DNA of 64,000 bases from Minisyncoccia bacterium (GTDB lineage: Bacteria; Patescibacteriota; Minisyncoccia; Phycocordibacterales; UBA918). The stretch lies in contig JBKJIT010000001.1 in assembly GCA_046598345.1 (NCBI GenBank), forward strand, positions 44,251 to 108,250. The letters are read 5' to 3'. Of this stretch, positions 1 through 9,970 are shown in pieces. The notes under the pieces were generated by a model. The model was not told the DNA's origin. It did no database searches and saw only the letters and a list, made by a program, of their open reading frames with translations. The translations under genes were made by a program, and so were the position numbers. The first letter of the stretch is position 1, and the number at the start of each line of letters is the position of its first letter.

Positions 1-1
1 A

Positions 2-811
2 TTTGAGACCGTCTTGGGCTTCTTCACGACCGCCGACTCAATTGCAGCAAACAACATCGTCGTTGCGACATACCGCCATATCACAAGCCCAGAAATTCGT
101 ATGTACCTTCTTCGCCAGGCGTACGAGGAAGCAATTCATACGCATGCGTATCAGTACATCGTAGAATCTTTAGGGCTCGATGAGGCAAAGGTCTTCAATA
201 TGTACCGTGAGCGGGACGCTATATACAATAAGGCGAGCTTCATCCTCAATTTTAACGACGGCGTCTTTGATCCTTCGTTTAAGACAGGTACATTCGCAAA
301 CGACCAGAAGTTTCTTGAGAATCTGTGTGTATTCTCGCTCATTCTTGAGGGAATTTTCTTCTACTCTTCCTTTGCCGTTATGTTTGGATTCCAACGTCAG
401 CACAAGCTCACGGGCTCTGCAGAGCAGATTCAATACATCATGCGCGACGAATCCATGCACCTCAATTTCGGTTGCCAACTCATCAATACGATTAGGGAAG
501 AGCAGCCAGAACTCTGGACGAAAGATTTCCAAGATAAGATCACGGGGTACGTAAAAGAAGCTGCACGACTTGAGTACACGTACGCGCAGGAAGTATTTCC
601 ACTCGGTATCTTCGGCATGAACGCGAATGGTTTCAAACAATACATCGAGCACATCGCTGATCGTCGTCTCGAACGGGTAGGTCTCCCTGCCCAATTTGGG
701 GTAAACAACCCATTCCCGTGGATGAGCGAAGCGATTGATTTACCGAAGGAGAAGAACTTTTTTGAAACGAGGGTGACCGAGTACAAAACAGGAGGGGCCT
801 TGAACTGGTAG
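2..811 (+). CDS. nrdB: Ribonucleotide reductase small subunit (R2), C-terminal part; 5' end truncated by window edge
   Basis: Ferritin-like diiron pattern (EAIHTHAY, EGIFFYSSFA, RDESMHLNF) and overall R2-like layout. The frame is open back to the window edge. Confidence 0.8.
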   Translation, partial: FETVLGFFTTADSIAANNIVVATYRHITSPEIRMYLLRQAYEEAIHTHAYQYIVESLGLDEAKVFNMYRERDAIYNKASFILNFNDGVFDPSFKTGTFANDQKFLENLCVFSLILEGIFFYSSFAVMFGFQRQHKLTGSAEQIQYIMRDESMHLNFGCQLINTIREEQPELWTKDFQDKITGYVKEAARLEYTYAQEVFPLGIFGMNANGFKQYIEHIADRRLERVGLPAQFGVNNPFPWMSEAIDLPKEKNFFETRVTEYKTGGALNW

Positions 812-871
812 TCTAGTATCGCACTTGGCCAGCAGTAATTGCCGGCCCTTTTGTAACGAAAAAGGTGCGTT

Positions 872-1831
872 TTGCTATACTTCAAGGATATGAGAAGTGG
901 GTTTTTAATGATGCTCATGGTTTCTGTCATTTTTGGCGGCGGGTATTGGTATTACGTGGCTGAGGCTATATGTGATTTGCCGGTTTCGTATCGAATTGGT
1001 GCGATTGACCCTCGGTTTAATATTGGTGAGGAATATGTCCGCAATCGGGCTTCTGTGGCAGAGTCAATGTGGGAGAATGCAACTGAGCGCAATATTTTTA
1101 CGTACGACCCGAGCGGAGACGTAACCATCAATTTTGTATTTGATGATCGACAAGCAACCGCGAACGAAGAAGAAGAACTTCGTGGTGTACTAGAAACGAA
1201 GGAGGGTGTGAGTGAGACGGTACGTGATCAGTATGATCGACTTCTTGGCGAATACACGACGCTGAAGAAAAGTTACGAAAAGCGAACGAGTACCTATGAA
1301 TCAAATCTTGCTGCATACAATACTGAGGTAGCAAAGTGGAATGAAAAGGGAGGTGCGCCAAAGGATGTGTTTGAGGAACTCAAGCAAACAGGGGAAAGAC
1401 TCGCAAGGGAGCAGCGTACATTAAATGAACTTGCCACGAGTCTGAATAAGCTCGTGGGGCAAATGAATGCGCTTGGAGCAAAAGGCACAACACTTATTAA
1501 TGACTACAATGAAGTGGTGAATGAGTACAATGATAAATTTACAGAAGGCTCTGAGTTTGCCCAAGGGGAATACAAGGCGGACGTTATCACTATCTATGAA
1601 TTTACCTCTGACGAAGAATTAGAGATTGTGCTCGCACATGAATTTGGACACGCGCTTGCGCTGGGTCATGTCGAAGGGGAATCCTCCATCATGTATCACC
1701 TTATGGAGGCACAGAATAAGGAAAGTGGGGTCACCGAAGAGGATATCGCTGAATTTAATCGCCTTTGCGGGAGTGAGGCAACGCCGAGTAAGCGGTTGTA
1801 TAGGTTCCTTTCAAGTATGTGGAAGAGTTAG
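872..1831 (+). CDS. Membrane-anchored metzincin-type Zn metalloprotease (HEFGHALALGH motif) with a coiled-coil central region
   Basis: N-terminal hydrophobic segment, HExxHxxGxxH zinc-binding signature near the C-terminus, and a charged, heptad-like middle region. Confidence 0.55.
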   Translation: MLYFKDMRSGFLMMLMVSVIFGGGYWYYVAEAICDLPVSYRIGAIDPRFNIGEEYVRNRASVAESMWENATERNIFTYDPSGDVTINFVFDDRQATANEEEELRGVLETKEGVSETVRDQYDRLLGEYTTLKKSYEKRTSTYESNLAAYNTEVAKWNEKGGAPKDVFEELKQTGERLAREQRTLNELATSLNKLVGQMNALGAKGTTLINDYNEVVNEYNDKFTEGSEFAQGEYKADVITIYEFTSDEELEIVLAHEFGHALALGHVEGESSIMYHLMEAQNKESGVTEEDIAEFNRLCGSEATPSKRLYRFLSSMWKS

Positions 1832-1880
1832 AAGTTGGTAACAGCCTGAAACACTTAGTGTCTCAGGCTGTTACCAACTT
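1832..1880 (+). terminator. Perfect 18-bp stem hairpin immediately after the protease gene
   Basis: aagttggtaacagcctga...tcaggctgttaccaactt inverted repeat, followed by an A/T-rich tract. Confidence 0.6.
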
Positions 1881-1943
1881 CATATATTTTCGTAATACAA
1901 AGCATAGTAGTATTAAAACGAAGTAATAACACATTAAATATAT

Positions 1944-2738
1944 ATGTTCCAGGAACCAATTATGCGCAACATTGTGCTCGGCGTCGGGGTAGCTGCGGTA
2001 ATCGCACTCCTTGCGTACACGTACTCATCAATCTCACAGGCTAGATACATGACCCAAATGCCGGTCACGATTTCAGTGTCAGGTGAGGGTGAAGTATTTG
2101 GGAAGCCAGATATCGCTAGTTTTAGTTTCTCCGTGAATGCGAGAGAAGCTGACGCGGTATCTGCTCAGAACAAATCAGCAGAGGCAGTCAATGCAATTCT
2201 CGCGTACCTCAAGGAAAAGGGAATTGAAGATAAGGATGTGAAGGTAACTGGATACTATCTCAATCCGGAGTATGAGTATCCAACATCACTTCCATGTGAA
2301 CGCGGTTACTGCCCACCGACGGGTGAACGAAAACTTACCGGATATGAAGTAAATCAGACAGTTTCAGTAAAAGTTCGAGATACGAAAGATAATCGAATTG
2401 GTATGCTCATTTCTGGAGTAGGAGAGCTTGGAGCTACCAACATCAATGGACCTGAGTTTACGATTGATGACGATAGTTCACTTAAGGCAGAAGCGAGGGC
2501 GCAGGCAATCGCTGATGCAAATGAGCAGGCACTCAAACTCGCGAAGGATCTTAACGTACGCATTGTACGTATGACCGGATTCTGGGAGGACGAGGGAGGA
2601 TACCCAATGTACAACAGCTACGGTATGGAGAAATCCATGTCTATGGATTCTGCAGGGGCAGCACCAATTGCCCCGTCAATGCCAATGGGAGAAAACATGA
2701 TCACCTCACGAGTAAATGTGTCGTTTGAAGTGAGATAG
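1944..2738 (+). CDS. SIMPL/DUF541-family (BP26/OMP28-like) periplasmic protein with an N-terminal TM anchor
   Basis: Signal-anchor followed by the SIMPL-like pattern (PDIASFSFSV..., YxNPEYEYP, C-terminal 'ITSRVNVSFEV'). Confidence 0.55.
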   Translation: MFQEPIMRNIVLGVGVAAVIALLAYTYSSISQARYMTQMPVTISVSGEGEVFGKPDIASFSFSVNAREADAVSAQNKSAEAVNAILAYLKEKGIEDKDVKVTGYYLNPEYEYPTSLPCERGYCPPTGERKLTGYEVNQTVSVKVRDTKDNRIGMLISGVGELGATNINGPEFTIDDDSSLKAEARAQAIADANEQALKLAKDLNVRIVRMTGFWEDEGGYPMYNSYGMEKSMSMDSAGAAPIAPSMPMGENMITSRVNVSFEVR

Positions 2739-2840
2739 TCCGGGGGACTATCGCAAGACTTTGAACATCCGCCAGCTGGCGGAGTGGGAAAAGTACAGCT
2801 TCTGTAAGAAGAGCTAATACATTAAAGCACCCAAACATAC

Positions 2841-2875
2841 AGCAAAAATCGCGCCTCCCGGCGCGATTTTTGCTG
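2841..2875 (+). terminator. Rho-independent terminator
   Basis: aaaatcgcgcc-tccc-ggcgcgatttt hairpin followed by a T-run. Confidence 0.65.
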
Positions 2876-2983
2876 TATACTGAGGGCGAAATGCGGTCTA
2901 ATTGACTTCCGCTTCCAGTCTGGTAGTATGAAATCAATCGCCCGCAGGGGCGTTTTAATTTTGCTTAATCATCCACACTAATT

Positions 2984-3166
2984 ATGAGCTTCATTGAATA
3001 TCTCAAAGATACCCGGAACGAACTCGGACATGTTTCGTGGCCAACGCGTCGACAGGCAATCGTGTCTACGGTTTTAGTTGTAGTTATTTCCATTCTTGTT
3101 GCTATCTATATTGGAGTGTTCGACTTCATTTTCAGCCGGGCATTGGATTGGTTTATTGAGGGGTAG
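2984..3166 (+). CDS. secE: Preprotein translocase subunit SecE
   Basis: 60-aa protein with a single C-terminal TM helix, located immediately upstream of nusG in the conserved secE-nusG-rplK order. Confidence 0.75.
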   Translation: MSFIEYLKDTRNELGHVSWPTRRQAIVSTVLVVVISILVAIYIGVFDFIFSRALDWFIEG

Positions 3167-3366
3167 AGGATTTTATTTAAAGATTCATGGAAGGTAGTGG
3201 TAAAGAGTTCGTTCGTCGATGAGAGGTTGAGAAACAATCACTTGTTTCTCAAGAGGTTGTCGAGATTTTCTGTAAGAAAATATCATACAACCTGAACAGT
3301 GCCTGTAAGGCATAGGAAGCATCAATCGAGAGTTGAAGATTCATTAAATTCTAACAAAAAGTAAGC

Positions 3367-3912
3367 ATGGCAAAACAACATACAGACGGAGAACGGCATT
3401 GGTACGCAATTCATACCTACTCAGGATATGAGAATGCAGTATCGCGTAATCTAAAGCAGCGTATTGAATCTCTCGGTATGCAAGATCGGATTTTTGATGT
3501 AGTCGTGCCAACGGAAAAAAAGATTCGAGTGAAAGGAGGGAAGCGAGTTACCGAAGAGGAACGCATTTATCCTGGTTACGTTCTCGTTGATATGATCGTA
3601 ACTGATGATTCATGGTACGTCGTGCGTAACACGCCTCGCGTGACCGGCTTCGTGGGAAGTGGTACGCAGCCTGTACCGCTCAAGGATAACGAACTTAAAG
3701 CGCTTATGAATCGTATGGATGATGAAGCCCCAAAGCACCAAGTGGACTTCTCTATTGGCGATATCGTTATGATCGTCGATGGTCCGTTCAAGGAGCTTGA
3801 AGGGAAGGTGGGAGAGATTGATGAAACGCGCGGTAAGGTTAAGGTGCTTGTTTCTATGTTCGGTCGCGAGACTCCCGTAGAACTCGATTTCCTCCAACTA
3901 AAGCGGATCTAA
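3367..3912 (+). CDS. nusG: Transcription termination/antitermination factor NusG
   Basis: NGN domain plus a C-terminal KOW motif (GDIVMIVDGPFKELEGKVGEID); canonical position between secE and rplK. Confidence 0.9.
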   Translation: MAKQHTDGERHWYAIHTYSGYENAVSRNLKQRIESLGMQDRIFDVVVPTEKKIRVKGGKRVTEEERIYPGYVLVDMIVTDDSWYVVRNTPRVTGFVGSGTQPVPLKDNELKALMNRMDDEAPKHQVDFSIGDIVMIVDGPFKELEGKVGEIDETRGKVKVLVSMFGRETPVELDFLQLKRI

Positions 3913-4020
3913 TATCTGTCGGTGTGCGCGTTTGCCAAAGTCCATATTCTCTTGTACGATAGGCGGGCTTCTGAGAGCTGATATGGACTGCTCTCTATAA
4001 AGATTTAATTAACATACACC

Positions 4021-4443
4021 GTGGCTAAAAAGATAGTAAAGAAAATCAAGGTACAGGCGACAGGTGGGAAGGCAACACCAGCTCCACCACTTGGTCCGGT
4101 ACTAGGACAGGCCGGTATTAATATCGGTGAATTCGTAAACCAATTTAACGAACAGACTCGTGATCGAATGGGAGATGTGGTTCCAGTTGAGCTTACCGTC
4201 TATGACGATCGAAGTTTCACCTTCATCACAAAGACCAGTCCAGCTTCACGGCTCATTCTCAAAACAATTGGTAAGGACAAAGGCTCTGGAAAGAATGCGA
4301 CTGCAAAAGTTGGAAGTATTTCTAAGGCACAGATTCGAGAAATTGCGGAAACAAAGATGCAGGACTTAAATGCAAATGACATTGACGCTGCGATGAAAAT
4401 CATCGAAGGTACCTGCCGAAGTATGGGCGTAGAAGTAAAATAA
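4021..4443 (+). CDS. rplK: 50S ribosomal protein L11 (GTG start)
   Basis: Sequence is clearly L11 ([14 protein letters not shown]..., [12 protein letters not shown]). The usual downstream rplA is NOT present. Confidence 0.9.
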   Translation: MAKKIVKKIKVQATGGKATPAPPLGPVLGQAGINIGEFVNQFNEQTRDRMGDVVPVELTVYDDRSFTFITKTSPASRLILKTIGKDKGSGKNATAKVGSISKAQIREIAETKMQDLNANDIDAAMKIIEGTCRSMGVEVK

Positions 4444-4460
4444 ATTTACTTCAACAAAGG

Positions 4461-4514
4461 TTGTAAAACATACATTAAAACCGCTCTAAGGCGGTTTTAA
4501 TGTATGTTTTACAA
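4461..4514. terminator. 54-bp near-perfect palindrome / terminator after rplK
   Basis: ttgtaaaacatacattaaaaccgc-tctaag-gcggttttaatgtatgttttacaa. Confidence 0.6.
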
Positions 4515-4575
4515 CCTGAACTGCGGGCGGTATGCCGCAGACGTGAAGTCGTCCCGCCCATCACATTCGCGATTT

Positions 4576-4613
4576 AAAAAGCAAAAATCCGCCCTAGGCG
4601 GATTTTTGCTTTT
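4576..4613. terminator. Second perfect hairpin terminator
   Basis: aaaagcaaaaatccgcc-ctag-ggcggatttttgctttt. Confidence 0.6.
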
Positions 4614-4734
4614 TAACACCTCAGAAACTTGCTCATCCTTGAATTAGTGGTATAACTGGCATGGGTGATGGAAGCTTTTCATGTTCCAGAGGACCCACGT
4701 ACATTTTCAACAATCGTTTTTGTGAGGTAAAAGA

Positions 4735-5307
4735 ATGAATGCATCACATGCGAAGCAGATGAAAATTCTCACAGCAGCTCAGATCGGACTGCACGAATCG
4801 CTGATCGCGCGACAGGAAATGGAGGAAGCACGACTGACTTGCTCCATGCTTATTGTTGCACAAAAATCAGCGGTACTGTTGGTTCGTTCGAAGGTTGGTC
4901 AAAACTGGATCGCGCCCCAGGGCAAGATCAAGACGACCGACAAGACACTGACGCTTGGTGCGCGGCGTGAAGCTTTCGAGGAAGTTGGCTTCGAAGATCG
5001 TCATCGCTCGAGTGAGTATGACATCTTAGTCGGCCAGTACCGCAATCCGATTCCCCGGAATCGGCAAGAGTCTTGCAAAGAAAAACTCATTGTCTGTGTC
5101 GGCATGACGGCAACGCGTGATTCTTTCGTCAGGTTGAATGACGACAACGAGCGGCACGAATGGGTTTCTTCGCCAAGTCAGCTCGCTGAACTCATGTCCA
5201 CAACCCGCAAGATAAAGCGGGAAGGCACGTTTGCAGCGCTGCATCGTCTGTTCGAGCGAAAGATCCTCAATTGGACACCGTTCGCTGGGCAACTGGCAAC
5301 ACAGTAA
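4735..5307 (+). CDS. Nudix-hydrolase-like protein (degenerate Nudix box)
   Basis: GKIKTTDKTLTLGARREAFEEVGF resembles GX5EX7REUXEEXGU. Confidence 0.4.
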   Translation: MNASHAKQMKILTAAQIGLHESLIARQEMEEARLTCSMLIVAQKSAVLLVRSKVGQNWIAPQGKIKTTDKTLTLGARREAFEEVGFEDRHRSSEYDILVGQYRNPIPRNRQESCKEKLIVCVGMTATRDSFVRLNDDNERHEWVSSPSQLAELMSTTRKIKREGTFAALHRLFERKILNWTPFAGQLATQ

Positions 5308-5356
5308 GGAACTGCAGCAAAGTAGAAAAGTGATCGAGTTTTTTCGGTCACTTTTT

Positions 5357-5869
5357 TTATGCACTTCGCTCCAAAGTGATCCATTCATATTGAAGATCAT
5401 CTTGTGCACGGTCCTCTTGCTCGATAATTTTTGTAAATGCGCTGTAGTCTGGGAAAAAAGTATCTGCTCCAGGGTCACTTTCCTGAATCACGGTGAGGTA
5501 GAGGCGATCAGTCATATTGATGCCCTGAGCATAGAGTTGACCGCCCCCAAAAATAAAAACTTCTTCTGAATCAATTTCTTTGGCAGCGGTAAGCGCTTTT
5601 TCAAGAGAATCAAATACTAAACACCCATCAATACACATCTGGCTCCGTGTCACGACGATATTTGTGCGGTTGGGTAGCGGGTGCCCAATTGAATCAAAGG
5701 TTTTCCGTCCCATAATAATGGGGTGTCCGGTCGTGAGTTCCTTAACCCGCTTTAAATCGTCGCTGATTCGCCACACAAGTTTTCCGTCTTTACCGAGCTC
5801 ACGGTTTTTACCTATAGAGGCAATGATACTGATGCGTGGAGTGTCCATCTTTTCATTATGCCATACCAA
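5357..5869 (-). CDS. folA: Dihydrofolate reductase
   Basis: DHFR signature (ISIIASIGKNRELGKDGKLVW, IIMGRKTFDSIG, IFGGGQLY). The real start is probably the internal Met at about 5848. Confidence 0.85.
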   Translation of the reverse strand: MVWHNEKMDTPRISIIASIGKNRELGKDGKLVWRISDDLKRVKELTTGHPIIMGRKTFDSIGHPLPNRTNIVVTRSQMCIDGCLVFDSLEKALTAAKEIDSEEVFIFGGGQLYAQGINMTDRLYLTVIQESDPGADTFFPDYSAFTKIIEQEDRAQDDLQYEWITLERSA

Positions 5870-6255
5870 ACCGATGCCACATTTGCTTGGAATCCAAAGG
5901 AAACGCCCCAGTGTTCTGGGGCGTTATCAACAAAAGTTCGCCATGGAACTGAGTAGACGTAAACTTCAGTCACACTGAGGGCTCTGCAAGCGTGTTTGAT
6001 GACCCTGAAGGCATCCCTTGTCGTGCCTCTGCTAACACGGAAGATGGACTACTTGTGTCTGGTATCGGCTTGAGAGGCGGCCATTGACCCGTCACAATCC
6101 TGGTGTGCATTTGATGCATTTGTGCCCATGCGATGGGACAAGTTACCGTCTTCATGAGAGTCTCCTGGTGAGGATGAACTTGCTCTCAAAACTATGTCAC
6201 GCTTTAAAAATTGTTGCAACTGATATCAATGCGGATTATGTCATAGTATTTTTGC

Positions 6256-6284
6256 TCTGTCTTTTTGAGCTGCCGGGCGGGGCA
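6256..6284 (+). promoter_or_regulatory. Sigma70-like promoter TTGAGC-N17-TATAAT upstream of the CYTH gene
   Basis: ttgagctgccgggcggggcaggtataat, 14 nt before the ATG at 6299. Confidence 0.45.
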
Positions 6285-6298
6285 GGTATAATGTTTTT

Positions 6299-6973
6299 AT
6301 GTCACAGTATGAGATTGAGGTAAAAACGCTTTTGGGAGAAAAAGTAAATGCGGACGCGCTTAAAGCCCGCATGTGTGAACTTGACCCGTCGTCTACCTGT
6401 ACAAGCACCAACCGTCAGCTCAATCATTATTTTGAAGGTGGCGATCTTCAGACGCTTTTTTCTAAAACAGAACATTTGTTTTCAGATGAGATAAAAGAAA
6501 AATTTCAGCACATTGCAGAAAAAGGGTCCGATTTTTCAGTTAGAACAAGACAAAAAGATGAACAAGTCCTTCTTGTTGTAAAAGCTTCGGTTGATGAGGG
6601 GACGAGCTCAAATGCCGTTTCGAGACTGGAATTTGAAGAAGCGGTTCCTGTGATGCTCCGTGAACTTGATACACTTGTGCTTGAAGCAGGATTTGCCTAT
6701 CAAGCAAAGTGGTCTCGCGAGCGAGAAGAGTACAGCTACAAAGGAGCAAATGTGTGCATCGATCGCAACGCAGGGTATGGCTATCTTGCAGAGTTTGAAA
6801 AAGTGGTAAGTGACGAATCCACACTTACTGATGTCCGAAAAGAAATTGATGCACTTATGATGGAGCTTGGTGTGGAGGAATTAAGACAAGATCGACTTGA
6901 GCGTATGTTCGCATTTTACAATACCAACTGGCCCGATTACTACGGAACCGATAAAACCTTTTTGATAGAATAA
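6299..6973 (+). CDS. CYTH-domain protein (class IV adenylyl cyclase / triphosphatase fold)
   Basis: N-terminal EIEVK motif and a distribution of acidic/basic residues typical of CYTH. Confidence 0.6.
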   Translation: MSQYEIEVKTLLGEKVNADALKARMCELDPSSTCTSTNRQLNHYFEGGDLQTLFSKTEHLFSDEIKEKFQHIAEKGSDFSVRTRQKDEQVLLVVKASVDEGTSSNAVSRLEFEEAVPVMLRELDTLVLEAGFAYQAKWSREREEYSYKGANVCIDRNAGYGYLAEFEKVVSDESTLTDVRKEIDALMMELGVEELRQDRLERMFAFYNTNWPDYYGTDKTFLIE

Positions 6974-6982
6974 TTTTGTAAC

Positions 6983-7564
6983 ATGTTTCTTTCAGACGTT
7001 GATATTATCGAAGCAGTAAAGAAGGGAGAAATAACCCTTAAGCCTTTTTTTGAATCGCGCCTCCAGCCTGCAAGCTACGACATTTTGCTCGGTAATAAGT
7101 TTGTGGTGAATGAGGAAAACAGCACGTACTTTGTAGATCCAGCAAAAAAGATTTATGCAAAAACGAGAGAAATTTCTGTAAAGGACGGTCAGGAATTTGT
7201 GTTGCATCCAGGGGTATCAGTACTAGGTACTTCAAAAGAGTTTTTTGGCTCCAATGAATATCTCATACAAGTAGGGGGAAAATCATCTCTTGCGCGCGTT
7301 GGCCTCATGATTCATAACACTGCAGGACTTATTAATCCCGGGCATTTTCTCCATATTACGTTTGAACTATGTAACCTGAATAACGTTCCAATCATTCTTC
7401 GTCCTGGTATGGAAATAGCTCAGCTCACATTCTCAAAAATTTCTTCGCCCACGCGCCAGAGCTACGAGCAGGTAGGTCGTTTTGCTAAGGATAATTGGAA
7501 AAACTTTGCAGAACCGAAAAAGAAGACAGTGAAAAAGAAAAGCGTACCAGCTAAGAAAAAATAA
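6983..7564 (+). CDS. dcd: dCTP deaminase
   Basis: MFLSDVDIIEAV..., ASYDILLG and GxxGLINPG patterns of the Dcd/dUTPase fold; Lys-rich C-terminal tail. Confidence 0.85.
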   Translation: MFLSDVDIIEAVKKGEITLKPFFESRLQPASYDILLGNKFVVNEENSTYFVDPAKKIYAKTREISVKDGQEFVLHPGVSVLGTSKEFFGSNEYLIQVGGKSSLARVGLMIHNTAGLINPGHFLHITFELCNLNNVPIILRPGMEIAQLTFSKISSPTRQSYEQVGRFAKDNWKNFAEPKKKTVKKKSVPAKKK

Positions 7565-7565
7565 T

Positions 7566-8573
7566 ATGCCAAAGCACCCCGAGTATCAGTATCTTGATTT
7601 GTGCAAAGATATTCTTGAAAATGGGGCAGACAAGCAACTTTTTTTTAATGATGTCATCCTCAAGGAATATGAGGAAAAAGGAGAAAAGCCCCCCTTAATT
7701 CGTTCAGTATTTGGGCGACAGATGCGCTTTGATTTGGGTGACGGATTTCCACTTTTGACGACCAAGAAAACTTTTTGGCGCGGAATTGTTACTGAACTTC
7801 TTTGGTTTCTTTCAGGAAGTTCAAACATCAAGCCACTCATTGATGTAAACAACCATATTTGGGATGAATGGGCATGGAAGCACTATCAGATGTGGGCAAC
7901 TGAAGAGGAGAAGGAAGAAGGAATGACGCAGGAGCTTCTTGTAGAAAAACTAAAGAATCTTCCAGTAAACGATCCATTTGTTATGAAGTGGGGAGATCTC
8001 ATCACTATCTATGGACGCATGTGGCGAAGGTGGCCAGCTAAGGATGGGAGAGAGATAGATCAACTTGCCTGGGTAATTAATGGTCTCAAGACAAAGCCAG
8101 ATCGAAAGTCATATGTAGTTAGTGCATGGAATCCTGATTTTATCTATGAGATGGCTTCCGAGGGGCAAAAGTCTCACGTCCCACCATTTTGTCATACCAT
8201 GTTTCAATTCCAGGTTGCGAATGGGAAATTGAACCTAGGACTGTACCAACGTTCAGGAGATCTATTTCTCGGTGTACCATTTAATATTGCGAGCTATGCA
8301 CTCCTTTTACTTATGGTGTCGCATGTAACCAAAATTCCACCTGGCGAATTTGTACATACGCTCGGAGATGTACATATATATTCAAACCACTTTGACCAAG
8401 TTAAAGAACAGTTGCAGCGTGAACCGTACCCATTCCCAAAGGTCACACTCAATTCTGCAGTGGATGATATTGATGACTTTAAGATAGAAGATGTTACGCT
8501 TGAGGGATATCAGGCACACGACTCAATCAAAGCAGAAATTGCTAATATTGGAGGGTTTGTAGAAAAGAAATAA
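7566..8573 (+). CDS. thyA: Thymidylate synthase (ThyA, long form with insert)
   Basis: FWRGIVTELLWFLSGS..., catalytic Cys region (PPFCHTMFQFQV), DLFLGVPFNIASYALL. Confidence 0.9.
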   Translation: MPKHPEYQYLDLCKDILENGADKQLFFNDVILKEYEEKGEKPPLIRSVFGRQMRFDLGDGFPLLTTKKTFWRGIVTELLWFLSGSSNIKPLIDVNNHIWDEWAWKHYQMWATEEEKEEGMTQELLVEKLKNLPVNDPFVMKWGDLITIYGRMWRRWPAKDGREIDQLAWVINGLKTKPDRKSYVVSAWNPDFIYEMASEGQKSHVPPFCHTMFQFQVANGKLNLGLYQRSGDLFLGVPFNIASYALLLLMVSHVTKIPPGEFVHTLGDVHIYSNHFDQVKEQLQREPYPFPKVTLNSAVDDIDDFKIEDVTLEGYQAHDSIKAEIANIGGFVEKK

Positions 8574-8646
8574 TCGTACACGTTTAGAGCATATGATCTG
8601 ACGACTATACAACAAGTGATGACATTATTCAGTTTAGTTTTTAGAC

Positions 8647-9912
8647 ATGCAATACGATCATATTCAAAGTCAGGATAAAGAAATATTTGACGCCCTAACG
8701 GGCGAAGAGAATCGAGAGGCAACCGGACTCGAGCTCATTCCATCAGAAAATTATGTGTCGCGAGCCGTTCGCGAAGCGAACGGCTCCGTACTCACAAATA
8801 AGTACTCGGAAGGGTACCCGGGAAGACGGTACTACGGTGGGCAGACGTACACGGATATAGTAGAAAATATTGCAATCGAGCGAGCAAAGAAATTATTTAA
8901 TTGTGAGTACGCAAACGTACAGTCGCTTTCTGGTGCACCGGCAAACGTCGCCATGTATTTCGCACTCCTCGAGCCAGGTGACACAGTTCTCGGTATGGAT
9001 CTCTCTCATGGAGGTCACCTCACCCATGGGCACCCGACAACGTCCATCAATAAGGTTTTTAACTTCGTGCGGTACAAGATGAAGGACGTGAATACGGGAG
9101 AAATTGATTATGATGAATTACGACGGGTGGCGCTTGAGCATAAGCCAAAAATTATTCTCGCAGGTTTTTCAGCGTATAGTCGCGAACTCGATTATGCAAA
9201 ATTTGTTGAGATAGCAAAAGAAGTTGGTGCATATACCGTTGCGGATATGGCCCACATTGCTGGCCTTATTGCGGGAGGTGTCGCTCGAAATCCGTTTGAA
9301 GACGGATTTGATGTGATTACCACGACGACACACAAGACACTTCGTGGCCCTCGCGGCGGTATGATTCTCACACGAAACAGTGAAGAAATTGCAAAAAAAA
9401 TAAATAAGGCTGTATTTCCAGGACTTCAAGGTGGCCCGCATATGAATAACATTGCTGCTAAAGCGATAGCGTTTGGTGAGGCACTTACGCCTGCATTTAA
9501 GGAATATGCAGCGCAGATCTTGAGGAACGCTAAGGCGATGGAAGCAGTCTTTCGAAATGCAAATATCAGAATGCTTGGCGGAGGCACATCAAATCACCTG
9601 ATTCTCGCGGACGTCTATGGATCGCTTGGGATAACGGGACAGGAAGCGGAAATCGCGCTCGACGAGATTGGAATTACGCTTAATAAAAATATGATTGCTG
9701 ACGAAACACGTTCTGCAATGGATCCGTCAGGGATTCGATTTGGTACTCCCGCAATGACAACGCGCAACATGAAGGAAGGAGAATCAACACGTGTGGCTGA
9801 GATCATGATAGAACTGCTCACGAACATTAAAAGCGATGATACAAAGAAAAAGCTCAAAGGTGAGATTGAGGAGTTGAGTGGAAAATTCCCGATACCTGAC
9901 TCGTTCGTCTAG
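8647..9912 (+). CDS. glyA: Serine hydroxymethyltransferase
   Basis: LELIPSENYVSRAV..., SLSGAPANVAM, HGGHLTHG, TTTTHKTLRGPRGG (PLP-Lys region). Confidence 0.9.
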   Translation: MQYDHIQSQDKEIFDALTGEENREATGLELIPSENYVSRAVREANGSVLTNKYSEGYPGRRYYGGQTYTDIVENIAIERAKKLFNCEYANVQSLSGAPANVAMYFALLEPGDTVLGMDLSHGGHLTHGHPTTSINKVFNFVRYKMKDVNTGEIDYDELRRVALEHKPKIILAGFSAYSRELDYAKFVEIAKEVGAYTVADMAHIAGLIAGGVARNPFEDGFDVITTTTHKTLRGPRGGMILTRNSEEIAKKINKAVFPGLQGGPHMNNIAAKAIAFGEALTPAFKEYAAQILRNAKAMEAVFRNANIRMLGGGTSNHLILADVYGSLGITGQEAEIALDEIGITLNKNMIADETRSAMDPSGIRFGTPAMTTRNMKEGESTRVAEIMIELLTNIKSDDTKKKLKGEIEELSGKFPIPDSFV

Positions 9913-9946
9913 CAAAAAGCGCGACGCGAAGCGTCGGGCTTTTTGC
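9912..9946 (+). terminator. Rho-independent terminator after glyA
   Basis: gcgcgacgc-gaa-gcgtcgggc followed by ttttt. Confidence 0.6.
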
Positions 9947-9970
9947 TTTGATACGGTACAATGAGCAATT

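Noticed and set aside
4160-4403. 69-aa and 67-aa ORFs within rplK
   Set aside because: Alternative or antisense frames of a highly conserved ribosomal protein gene.
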